From a virus, in the IMG/VR virus record IMGVR_UViG_3300045988_164290, positions 1 to 48,543 of that record: a stretch of 48,543 nt of DNA, one strand, 5' to 3'. Under the pieces are notes generated by a model. That model worked only from the letters and a program-made list of their open reading frames with translations. It was not told the DNA's origin and did no database searches. Made by a program: the position numbers and the translations under genes. Positions 1 to 7,333 of this stretch are shown here, in pieces. Position 1 is the first letter of the stretch, and each line of letters opens with the position of its first letter.

Positions 1-119
1 ATAACCTTGTTTTTCCATAAATTCTTGTAACTGCTTTTTCGCTGTAAGTTTATATTTATCGTTACACCACCGCGCAACCCTTGTCGGAAAGCCGTACCTT
101 TCGTAAAGTTCGCTCCACG
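1..119. repeat. terminal direct repeat copy 1 (identical to 48425..48543); circular-assembly overlap or terminal redundancy
   Basis: 119/119 identical on direct comparison of the two window ends. Confidence 0.95.
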
Positions 120-366
120 ATTTTGTCGGCTTTATTCTCACAAACTTTATTCCGAACCGCTCGCATTCCGACTGCATATAATCAATTACGTTTTTTATGA
201 ACGGATAATCGATTTCAAGTTCAAAATGCACCACACCGTCAAGCGGGTATTTATCAAGGTTATGTAAAATGAGATTGAGCATAAATAAACTGTCTTTCCC
301 GCCCGACACGCTCGCCCAATATACGGGCGCAATGCTAATTCTGTGCTTTGCATAATTCCTCCACAT
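1..366 (-). CDS. PAPS reductase-like / PP-loop ATP-pyrophosphatase family protein, N-terminal 122 codons; continues across the circular junction into 48011..48424
   Basis: ATG at 366..364. Translation MWRNYAKHRISIAPVYWASVSGGKDSLFM... contains the SGGKDS PP-loop. The frame leaves position 1 on a codon boundary and continues as ...QEFMEKQGYY at the other end of the window. Confidence 0.75.
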   Translation of the reverse strand, partial: MWRNYAKHRISIAPVYWASVSGGKDSLFMLNLILHNLDKYPLDGVVHFELEIDYPFIKNVIDYMQSECERFGIKFVRIKPTKSWSELYERYGFPTRVARWCNDKYKLTAKKQLQEFMEKQGY

Positions 367-937
367 AGCACCACGACTGCGGCGGGCGAGTTACAATCTT
401 TTTCCCTTTTTCTTCGCACCAGCATTCAAAATAAAGCGGGTTTTTACAATTTTCGCAACTGACTTTGCAAGGTATACAGAACTCGCTTAACTCTTTCGGC
501 TTATCATAAATCTTCAAGGCAGTAATATGTAAGCCGTAGCCGTCTTTGTTGCCCAAATAACCAACCATATCGTCATAATCAAGACAACTTTGGCGAGCAA
601 TCTCATTCGTTACGCTTTGTTCTTCGTCTGCGACAGAAAACCTGCTGCCTTGATTTTTTATCAAATAGACCTTATCGCAGACAAACTCGCCGATTACTTT
701 TCCCATATCCGTGTAGTGCGATTTATTATCAAGAAACGAATTAAATCTATCGTCTAAATAACGCCTTTTGCTTTCTTTTGTTTCGTAAATATAAGCCTTA
801 AACGGTACTTCTTTTGGGGCAGTCTTGCGTACTTCGATACGTTTCTCGTAAATCGGCTTACCGTTCTCGTCTTTGCCTATTTCGTGGCAAATTTTTTCGC
901 ACCATTTCGGGCGAACTGATAATAATATGTCTTTCAT
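335..937 (-). CDS. ASCH-like (PUA-fold) domain protein with C-terminal Cys cluster
   Basis: ATG start. N-terminus MKDILLSVRPKWCEKI...KRIEVRKTAP resembles ASCH domains. ATGA overlap with the upstream gene. Confidence 0.55.
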   Translation of the reverse strand: MKDILLSVRPKWCEKICHEIGKDENGKPIYEKRIEVRKTAPKEVPFKAYIYETKESKRRYLDDRFNSFLDNKSHYTDMGKVIGEFVCDKVYLIKNQGSRFSVADEEQSVTNEIARQSCLDYDDMVGYLGNKDGYGLHITALKIYDKPKELSEFCIPCKVSCENCKNPLYFECWCEEKGKKIVTRPPQSWCYVEELCKAQN

Positions 938-1398
938 TGCTCATACTCCTTTAATAGTTCGTCGATTTCTTCAATTAAACCTATTTCTGCATATCCTTGG
1001 AGATAATCTCTTTCGTGTATTACATTTTTCAACTTTTCCGCAAACTCTTTGACCGCTTGCTTCCTTTGCTCGTCAATGTTGCACATAGCGTTCATTTCTT
1101 TGACCGTATCTACGCTTAATAAAACTTGCTTTAACCTTTCGGTCAACCGCTCGTTTTCGGCTTCTCTTTCTTCAATGCCTTTTATGTAGCCCTCTTTATA
1201 TGCCTTTTGCGTGTCGCTTGCCAAGTCGCTTGTAAAGGTCTTGCGATAGCCTGCATTGTAAAGGGCTTCGGCGTGTCTATAGGAATTACATTGCCCGTTT
1301 TTAAAGTCGCATTTTGCACATTCTTCTGCGGTATGGGCTTGTGGGTTTCTCACACATCCAATGACTGCCATTTCTTCGATCTGCTGTTCTTTGTTCAT
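934..1398 (-). CDS. hypothetical protein (Cys-rich N-terminus, coiled-coil C-terminus)
   Basis: 154-aa ORF with ATG start. It shares the ...A(L/I)YNAGYRKT motif with the 6826..7173 product. Confidence 0.6.
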   Translation of the reverse strand: MNKEQQIEEMAVIGCVRNPQAHTAEECAKCDFKNGQCNSYRHAEALYNAGYRKTFTSDLASDTQKAYKEGYIKGIEEREAENERLTERLKQVLLSVDTVKEMNAMCNIDEQRKQAVKEFAEKLKNVIHERDYLQGYAEIGLIEEIDELLKEYEQ

Positions 1399-1724
1399 TT
1401 TTTGTACTCCTCCAACACTATATCTATAAGCACTCTTAAATCGTGAAAAGATACAAATTTGAATTTATTATTTGTCCTTAGCAATTTATCCACAAACTCT
1501 TTTACGGCTAATTGTCTTTGTTCTTTTGCAAACTTTTTTTGCTCAGCAATTAAAGTAGCCGCACTATCCGCATTGTCTTGAATTATAGCATCAAGCCTTT
1601 TAATCTCGCAAATCATTTGCGCTTTCCACGTTTTCGCTTCCTGTTCGGGGTTTTCGCAAAGTGTAGTCGGAGCGTAACCCATTTCGTCAAATTCGGCAAG
1701 CAGGTCTACAATTTCTTTATTCAC
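1395..1724 (-). CDS. hypothetical coiled-coil protein
   Basis: GTG start preceded by GAGGAG, overlapping the upstream stop (TAGTG). Confidence 0.55.
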   Translation of the reverse strand: MNKEIVDLLAEFDEMGYAPTTLCENPEQEAKTWKAQMICEIKRLDAIIQDNADSAATLIAEQKKFAKEQRQLAVKEFVDKLLRTNNKFKFVSFHDLRVLIDIVLEEYKK

Positions 1725-1924
1725 TATTTCATCTCCTCATAATATTTGCACTTTTCCTCGCCCCTTTTTGGCACTTCAAGGCAAGCACAATTCTCGCCGT
1801 TTAATTGAGCATTGCACCCGTCACAAGTCGGAGATAAATTGCAATAAGACCCGTATTTGTAATAATTGTACTTGCACGTTTCGCAGTCTGTTTCTGCAAA
1901 AACTTTGCTTCTGTCTTTATTCAT
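1724..1924 (-). CDS. small Cys-rich protein (66 aa)
   Basis: The ATG at 1924 (MNKDRSKVF...) follows the upstream TAA and a GGAGACGGA RBS. The longer track ORF overlaps the upstream gene. Confidence 0.5.
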   Translation of the reverse strand: MNKDRSKVFAETDCETCKYNYYKYGSYCNLSPTCDGCNAQLNGENCACLEVPKRGEEKCKYYEEMK

Positions 1925-1925
1925 T

Positions 1926-2270
1926 TTATTCCGTCTCCTTTTCGCCGTATTCGCAAAAATCACCGTCTCCACAGGCTTGACTCTTCGTAACGCAATAGCC
2001 GTCGTTGTAATAGCGGCAATCGCCGCAAAACACCGTCTCAGGCTCTTTCACAACTGTGTACCGCTTAACTTTGCATTTTTCGTCAAATCGGTTTTTCACC
2101 GTGATAAATTCGCTCTGAATTTTTATTCCGCTTTTTCGCAACTCGGATATTCGGCTCGCCAGTCTCATTACGCCCAATTCCGTCATTGCCTCGTATTGAG
2201 TTATCCAGCCGTTTGTCTGCATATACTTCAATACTCGTTCACTTTGTGTTGGTCTTTTGTTGTTTTCCAT
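1926..2270 (-). CDS. winged-helix/HTH DNA-binding protein with C-terminal Cys cluster
   Basis: ATG at 2270 after an AAGGAG RBS. ...VLKYMQTNGWITQYEAMTELGVMRLASRISELRKSG... looks like a phage HTH (HTH_39-like) domain. Confidence 0.55.
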   Translation of the reverse strand: MENNKRPTQSERVLKYMQTNGWITQYEAMTELGVMRLASRISELRKSGIKIQSEFITVKNRFDEKCKVKRYTVVKEPETVFCGDCRYYNDGYCVTKSQACGDGDFCEYGEKETE

Positions 2271-2862
2271 TGTTTCCACTCCTTATTTCATTTATTGTTG
2301 TCTGAATTTTTGTTTCAATTTCGGCTTGATTTTTACCTAATAATTGCCCAAATATTGCCATTAAACAAGTTGTTACTATGCTATCGCCAAAGCAATGATA
2401 TTGTGCCGAACGGCTTAAATTCTTGCCGATTTTGTATATGTCGTCGTCTTTAACGCCCATAAGCCTGCCACATTCTTTTTCGGTCAATTTGCGTACTCTG
2501 TATTCTCGCAAATTCGGCTCTACGATGCGGTTATTATGTTTTGGAGAACTGCCGTCGGTTGTCAGACAACCGATTGTTTCGTGCCTTATGCAAGAGTTCT
2601 GCTCGTCCAAAGCAAAAGGTTCTTTAAAAACTGTTTCTTCCATAATTTTAGGTTCTGTATTACCCCCCCCACACGTTGTCACCGTCGGCGCGCAACCGTC
2701 CGTGTCGTAAACCCTGCGCGTACAATCCATTGTTTTCTCGAATTTTCCACCGAGCCGACCTGCTATTTTACAATTCATTTTTTCTCCTATTACAACGTGC
2801 CAACACGCAATGTGTGCATCTATCGTCGGGCATATATCCAGCAGAGGTTCTACCCCCCCCAC
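2239..2862 (-). CDS. C-terminal segment of the split C5 DNA methyltransferase (TRD-like modules plus motifs IX-X)
   Basis: RRVYDTDGCAPTVTTCGGGNTEP, RKLTEKECGRLMGV and FGDSIVTTCLMAIF match the C-terminal half of C5-MTases. The frame is -1 relative to 2850..5048 and joins it at a G8 tract. Confidence 0.65.
   Translation of the reverse strand: MGGVEPLLDICPTIDAHIACWHVVIGEKMNCKIAGRLGGKFEKTMDCTRRVYDTDGCAPTVTTCGGGNTEPKIMEETVFKEPFALDEQNSCIRHETIGCLTTDGSSPKHNNRIVEPNLREYRVRKLTEKECGRLMGVKDDDIYKIGKNLSRSAQYHCFGDSIVTTCLMAIFGQLLGKNQAEIETKIQTTINEIRSGNNGKQQKTNTK
2663..2670 (-). repeat. homopolymer tract G8 (C8 on plus) inside the MTase 3' segment
   Basis: tacccccccca read directly; encodes CGGGN. Confidence 0.95.
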
Positions 2863-5048
2863 GGAAGTACCCGTGTCCTAATCGAACAATTACCTTTTCG
2901 TCCATAATTCAACTCCATTTTTGCCATTACAGTCAATCGTTCGGCACAATCCTTGCATCCCCCCCCCCTTTCAAAAGATGGTGATTTACCAAGCAACAAG
3001 CCATTTGCCTCATCAATGATAAAGTTGTCGCACGGACGAGTTCCGTTTTTCGTGAGGAGTGAGTTCGCTATACCGCTCCCATTAGTCGGCTCAAATTTAA
3101 AGCCGTTTCCACGCTCTGCATTTATTGTATTTCGATTAAAGTATGTTTCCAAAAGTTTCTCGCTTATATAATAATTTTGGGCAACATTGTTTTCAAGCAA
3201 ATCTTTTAGTTTTAAATTGCACCCAAGCGGTTTTGGGAACTCAAAATAATGATTGCCCAATACGCTTACCATAAAACACCTTTCACGATTTTGGGGTATT
3301 CCGAAGTTTGTAGCATTTATTACTTGCCATTTTGAGTGATAACCGATTTTATCTAAAAATGATACCCATTCAGCAAACGCTTTAATATTCTTATTCCCTA
3401 TTACTTGTTTAACGTTTTCCATTAAAAGAATTTGAGGTAATTCTGGGATTTCCTTCAAAAGCCTTTCAACTTCCCACAACAACCCACTTCTTGTTCCACT
3501 TCCCCTTTCCATTCCTTTACCAAGTCCCGCCGCAGATAAGTCCTGACAATTATGCACTATCGTGTTTTGCACTGTAAATGAGTGATTATTTTCAACTTCT
3601 ATATCGTATACATTCGATTGCCCACATTCGGTCACGCTTTTGATAGGAAACCAAATAAAACCATTTTCATAAAACGCTTTATCTTGCTTGCATACCTTTT
3701 CTTTCCAAATCAACTCGTATGTGTCGTGTTGATTTACAGTTCTACCCTCAATAACGCAAGTTTTCGCTCTCTTTGTATGATAAATTCTATACGGCATTCT
3801 ATATACTTTTGCAACACATTGACCAAGCCCATATATAAGTCCTCTGCTTATACTTGTTGCCTTATTATATCCCTTTATCACGCACCCGTCAGCACTCATA
3901 TAGCCGTTTAAAAACGAACGCAAAAGGTCTCTCGGCAAGTCCAATATAGTGTTTGTTAAATGCTTGTTTATCGCACCTTTCCCAAATTGTTCAACGAACT
4001 GCGAAAATTCTTTTTGCGGAATATGTATTTTATATATCGTCCGTTCTTTCACAATATTATATTTAAACAATTTATCGAGTTTTTTAACAAGGGTATCTAA
4101 CTTCTTAAAAGAACAGCAAATAACGATGCCGCCTTGTTTTCTTGTCCAGCCGTCTCCAATATATCGCCCTATTACATACCAAAAATCAGCATATTCCATA
4201 AGACCAGCCAATTCGTTTTTGTGACGTGCTTTTCTTCCGTCAGACCAATTATAAGTAATTCCATCCCACGAGGGAATTATTGCTTTTTGATTTATTGCGA
4301 CGCCCAAATAATCACTTTTTGTAAGTTGCACCGCCTCTTTCCAATATGGGTCTGAAAAAGTCCGACGAGAAAAATGTCCTACTCTACTCATAGTTCTTAC
4401 AAAAAACTTGTGATTTGTAGTGCATTTTATTTCGTCTATTGCCATAGCGTTAATTTTTAAAATGGGTTTAATACCATTGTTAAAAGTTTTCACGACTTTT
4501 TGATATGTATTATCGTGAGTAATAACCATCTCCCCAGCCTGAATTTTATCTATTGTTTTATAGCCACTATTCGTTAAGACAAGACTATCTGCCGTAAAAC
4601 AGGGGAATGAGTACGTCATAATATAGTTATATTTGTCGGTGTCTTTCACCTCTAAGTCTTCGCCTTTTATATTGCAAATTGAAACAAGGTTGTGCGAGGC
4701 TTGAATATTGTTGTAAATTGTCCGCAGTTTTTTCTCACCGTATCTATTCAACTGCTCTTTTGTGAGCGGCTGATTATAATCTGCACTGACGCCCATTTTA
4801 AAGAGAGTTTCAACAAGTTCGGGTTTGCCAAGTTCCTTTGAATAATCGTTATTATCTTCGGCAAAATGCAAATCTTTTAACGCCTGTATAGACGGTATCG
4901 CCCATTCGCAAGTTTTATAATGCTCAAACGGAACGCCCAAATATTTTAACGCTAATGCTTGACTGTCGTAACCGCTAAACAACGAAATAAGTCGTATAGG
5001 TTTTTCAATTTTAAACGGCTTTTCGCCGTCAAACATACTAATCTGCAT
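2850..5048 (-). CDS. DNA (cytosine-5) methyltransferase, N-terminal part, interrupted by an in-frame intein
   Basis: Motif I-like LISLFSGYDS. Motif IV is split as TYSFP|C...HN|CQDLSAAG. LLMENV is motif VI and GIPQNRERCFMVS is motif VIII. Confidence 0.85.
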   Translation of the reverse strand: MQISMFDGEKPFKIEKPIRLISLFSGYDSQALALKYLGVPFEHYKTCEWAIPSIQALKDLHFAEDNNDYSKELGKPELVETLFKMGVSADYNQPLTKEQLNRYGEKKLRTIYNNIQASHNLVSICNIKGEDLEVKDTDKYNYIMTYSFPCFTADSLVLTNSGYKTIDKIQAGEMVITHDNTYQKVVKTFNNGIKPILKINAMAIDEIKCTTNHKFFVRTMSRVGHFSRRTFSDPYWKEAVQLTKSDYLGVAINQKAIIPSWDGITYNWSDGRKARHKNELAGLMEYADFWYVIGRYIGDGWTRKQGGIVICCSFKKLDTLVKKLDKLFKYNIVKERTIYKIHIPQKEFSQFVEQFGKGAINKHLTNTILDLPRDLLRSFLNGYMSADGCVIKGYNKATSISRGLIYGLGQCVAKVYRMPYRIYHTKRAKTCVIEGRTVNQHDTYELIWKEKVCKQDKAFYENGFIWFPIKSVTECGQSNVYDIEVENNHSFTVQNTIVHNCQDLSAAGLGKGMERGSGTRSGLLWEVERLLKEIPELPQILLMENVKQVIGNKNIKAFAEWVSFLDKIGYHSKWQVINATNFGIPQNRERCFMVSVLGNHYFEFPKPLGCNLKLKDLLENNVAQNYYISEKLLETYFNRNTINAERGNGFKFEPTNGSGIANSLLTKNGTRPCDNFIIDEANGLLLGKSPSFERGGGCKDCAERLTVMAKMELNYGRKGNCSIRTRVLPWGG
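2853..2860 (-). repeat. homopolymer tract G8 at the junction of the two MTase ORFs
   Basis: CCG TGG GGG GGG TAG ends the 732-aa frame. One extra G, or a -1 slip, continues as ...GGVEPLLDICP. Confidence 0.95.
2959..2968 (-). repeat. homopolymer tract G10 inside the MTase
   Basis: gcatcccccccccctt read directly; encodes ERGGGC. Confidence 0.95.
3549..4601 (-). mobile_element. intein (351 aa) with LAGLIDADG homing-endonuclease domain, inserted in the PCQ catalytic motif
   Basis: CFTADSLVLT is block A and TTNHKFF is block B. WYVIGRYIGDGW and LNGYMSADGC are two LAGLIDADG motifs. NVYDIEVENNHSFTVQNTIVHN is followed by the +1 Cys. Removing the intein gives TYSFPCQDLS. Confidence 0.85.
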
Positions 5049-5184
5049 TTTCTTTTTCCAAATAGATTTTTACAAAATGGGCGAATACAAACATATCTTG
5101 ACGGTCGATTTCGCCCCTCAAAACCGTTTTGCAAATCTGTTCGGCTTTTGCAATTAAATATTCCTTTTCGCTCAAAACTTCCAT
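5038..5184 (-). CDS. small ORF (48 aa) overlapping the MTase start
   Basis: GGGAGaaaaaATG; MEVLSEKEYLIAKAEQICKTVLRGEIDRQDMFVFAHFVKIYLEKENAD; below the track length threshold. Confidence 0.35.
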   Translation of the reverse strand: MEVLSEKEYLIAKAEQICKTVLRGEIDRQDMFVFAHFVKIYLEKENAD

Positions 5185-5313
5185 TTTTTCTCCCATTTAT
5201 AACAAAAGCACACACCTCGGTCGGTACGAGCGACTTCGGCGTATGCGTTTTGACTTTTTAAATGACCACATATTTAAGTAAAAAGACCTCGTACTTCTTT
5301 CAACCTTAATTGC

Positions 5314-5342
5314 ATTATACTACTTTTGTTTGCCGTTGTCAA
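5314..5342 (-). promoter_or_regulatory. consensus promoter TTGACA-17-TATAAT
   Basis: The reverse complement reads TTGACAacggcaaacaaaagtagTATAAT, giving -35 at 5342..5337 and -10 at 5319..5314. Confidence 0.7.
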
Positions 5343-5869
5343 CCGTTTTTGCGATTATTCGCAAATTTTTTTATTTCGGTGGAAGATTTCAGAACGCAGA
5401 ACGGACGAACCCATAAAGCAAAAACATCATAGCAAGTCTTCACCTTATTTTTGAGGTCATCGACATAACAAACATAAACACTATATTCATATTCAGGACT
5501 TTCACCAGTCAAAGTCCAATACCGTTTGCCAATTTGTGGAATAATTTTGCAATATTTGCGATATTCGTTGATAGATATTAGCGATATTTTATCTACACAT
5601 TTACCATAATCATCACAACCGTCTTGGGTTCGCAAATCTCTTTCGAATTCAACAAGGTCGGATAAGTCTATTTCGGGAAATATGTCGTACATTTCTCGCC
5701 TTAAAGAGCATCCCTCCCAGTTATTTGTCATTTGCCCCCAAACACATATTTGATTAGTGTTATTTATTGCGAAAATTTTAATATTGCCGTTTTCGTCCTT
5801 ATCAAGAACAGTCCACAGCATATTTGCATACAATATGGTATCGCCAATTTTTGCCTCATTTGCTTGCAT
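5339..5869 (-). CDS. undiversified paralog of the DGR target proteins (DUF6273-like fold)
   Basis: GDTILYANMLWTVLDKDENG..., RYWTLTG... and the C-terminal WVRPFCVLKSS parallel the two VR-bearing genes. Only cagaacggacgaac matches the TR. Confidence 0.7.
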   Translation of the reverse strand: MQANEAKIGDTILYANMLWTVLDKDENGNIKIFAINNTNQICVWGQMTNNWEGCSLRREMYDIFPEIDLSDLVEFERDLRTQDGCDDYGKCVDKISLISINEYRKYCKIIPQIGKRYWTLTGESPEYEYSVYVCYVDDLKNKVKTCYDVFALWVRPFCVLKSSTEIKKFANNRKNG

Positions 5870-6344
5870 TTTTTTGTTTCTCCTTTAATCTGTTTTTTGC
5901 CTTAATATAATTTTCGTCAGGCACCGCACCCAACGATTTTAATTTTTCGTTCGGGTCGAGAAAGTCGCCGCAAATTATATTGTTTGCGAGTATTCCGCTT
6001 GCCAAAAGAATTGACAACTCGCTTGCTTGCGGAAACTGCGTTATAAACTGCTTTAAAAGCCGAGTTCGGCACTCGTGGCAGTTGTCCGCTTGAATATCCA
6101 CGCCAACAACGCTTGCGAGGGCTTTTAAGCCGTCTTTTTCGTTCTGACAAAACTTGTACTTACGGTCAAGTATTTCAACGAGGAAGTTCCCTGTTCCGCA
6201 GGACGGTTCGAAGAACGTCGTTTCAATATTTTCCCACATTTCGGCAGGAATAAGGTTGCACATATCCTTGACGATAAAGTCGGGCGTAAATACTTCGGCG
6301 AACTCCCGAACTCTCTTTTTACTTTTTATAAGTTTCTGCTTCAT
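5856..6344 (-). CDS. N6-adenine-MTase-like SAM-binding fragment (no NPPY-type motif IV seen)
   Basis: EVFTPDFIV, EPSCGTGNFL (motif I), VGVDIQ and ICGDFL are present. The ORF then ends at the start of the 5339..5869 gene. Confidence 0.6.
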   Translation of the reverse strand: MKQKLIKSKKRVREFAEVFTPDFIVKDMCNLIPAEMWENIETTFFEPSCGTGNFLVEILDRKYKFCQNEKDGLKALASVVGVDIQADNCHECRTRLLKQFITQFPQASELSILLASGILANNIICGDFLDPNEKLKSLGAVPDENYIKAKNRLKEKQKNASK

Positions 6345-6358
6345 CGCAAGTCAATATT

Positions 6359-6622
6359 TTATGCCCCTTTATAATAAATATCGTAAATTTTCCGTTCGTA
6401 CTGTTTGCTGTTTGCAACAGCCTCTTCTTTTGTTAAATGGACTTCGTTTTCGGCTCGTTTCAGACCGCCGCTTAAAAAATACAACGGTTTGCCGCTTCGT
6501 CATATTTCAACGCAAGCGATTTCCGCTTCTTCTTGTCTGAGCGGCAACAATTCGCCTCTAAAATACGGAATGCGATTTATCCAAACCTTTTGCCCGGGGT
6601 CAAACTTCGTCTGTATCTGCAT
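6359..6622 (-). pseudogene. 87-codon protein-like frame interrupted by one in-frame TGA (6502..6500)
   Basis: GAGAGG RBS plus ATG. Translation MQIQTKFDPGQKVWINRIPYFRGELLPLRQEEAEIACVEI*RSGKPLYFLSGGLKRAENEVHLTKEEAVANSKQYERKIYDIYYKGA*. No other ORF covers this gap. Confidence 0.35.
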
Positions 6623-6842
6623 ACTTCAACCTCTCAAAGTAATTGATTATGCCGTTGGAACATTCTTCGTCGAACGGCTCGTAAGTTTCGTCAGTCGCGA
6701 ACTTTTCGTTGCATTGCTCTCGCCATAGGCATACCTTGCAACTCTCGCAGTCGCTACGCCTTATAAAGTCCGCCATAAGTTGCTTAGTTGATTTTACCCC
6801 TCCCCTCAATTTTTCGGGGGTTGTCTTATTTTTTGAGTTCAT
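6600..6842 (-). CDS. hypothetical Cys-containing protein (80 aa)
   Basis: ATG at 6842 after an AAGGAG RBS; the track start is a TTG upstream. Confidence 0.5.
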   Translation of the reverse strand: MNSKNKTTPEKLRGGVKSTKQLMADFIRRSDCESCKVCLWREQCNEKFATDETYEPFDEECSNGIINYFERLKYADTDEV

Positions 6843-7173
6843 TTTCGTACTCCTTTGCCAAATCGTCAAGGCTTTGCCTTAATTCGTCAAGTTGCTCTTT
6901 GTATTCGTTGAGTTCGTCATTATATTTGTTTAGAGTAAATTTAATATCACTTTTTAAACAATCAATACGATACTTTATCGTGCTTTTCGCTCTTTCATAC
7001 ATTGCTTTCCCCGCTTCTTTTCCGTTTGCGGTTTTTCTGTACCCTGCTTTATATATAAGTTCCGAAACCATATCTTCCCAATCGCAATCTTCACAATATT
7101 CCGCTTTGCAAGCATTGCAATTTTTTGCAATCAAATCTCTTATTTCTTTTATTCCTTTTTCTTCCTCTGTCAT
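6826..7173 (-). CDS. hypothetical protein (Cys-rich N-terminus, coiled coil), paralogous motif to 934..1398
   Basis: 115-aa ORF with ATG start; contains LIYKAGYRKT. Confidence 0.6.
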   Translation of the reverse strand: MTEEEKGIKEIRDLIAKNCNACKAEYCEDCDWEDMVSELIYKAGYRKTANGKEAGKAMYERAKSTIKYRIDCLKSDIKFTLNKYNDELNEYKEQLDELRQSLDDLAKEYENELKK

Positions 7174-7195
7174 ATTTGCAAAAACTCCTTTAAAA

Positions 7196-7333
7196 TTATT
7201 TCGTGTCTTTTTTATCTCGCTCTACTTTTTCTTGCAATCTATCTTCTTTTGTGAAACGGTTAAGTATGAGCATAATCATAAGCACAGTAAATTCGCCAAC
7301 AAACCAACCGACTACTAAGCCTATCCAAAACAT
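7196..7333 (-). CDS. small single-pass membrane protein (45 aa)
   Basis: TAATG overlap with the upstream gene; MFWIGLVVGWFVGEFTVLMIMLILNRF... followed by a charged tail. Confidence 0.4.
   Translation of the reverse strand: MFWIGLVVGWFVGEFTVLMIMLILNRFTKEDRLQEKVERDKKDTK

Noticed and set aside
1-119. 119-bp end repeat as a genuine direct terminal repeat of the virion DNA
   Set aside because: The repeat lies inside a coding sequence that is only complete when the ends are joined. An assembly overlap of a circular or permuted genome is the simpler reading, but this cannot be decided without reads.
6500-6502. Genome-wide TGA reassignment (code 4 or 25) suggested by the in-frame TGA
   Set aside because: TGA terminates many well-delimited genes here, often in ATGA start/stop overlaps (for example 934, 9930, 11525, 13565, 14283, 47557). 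Reassignment would fuse unrelated genes.
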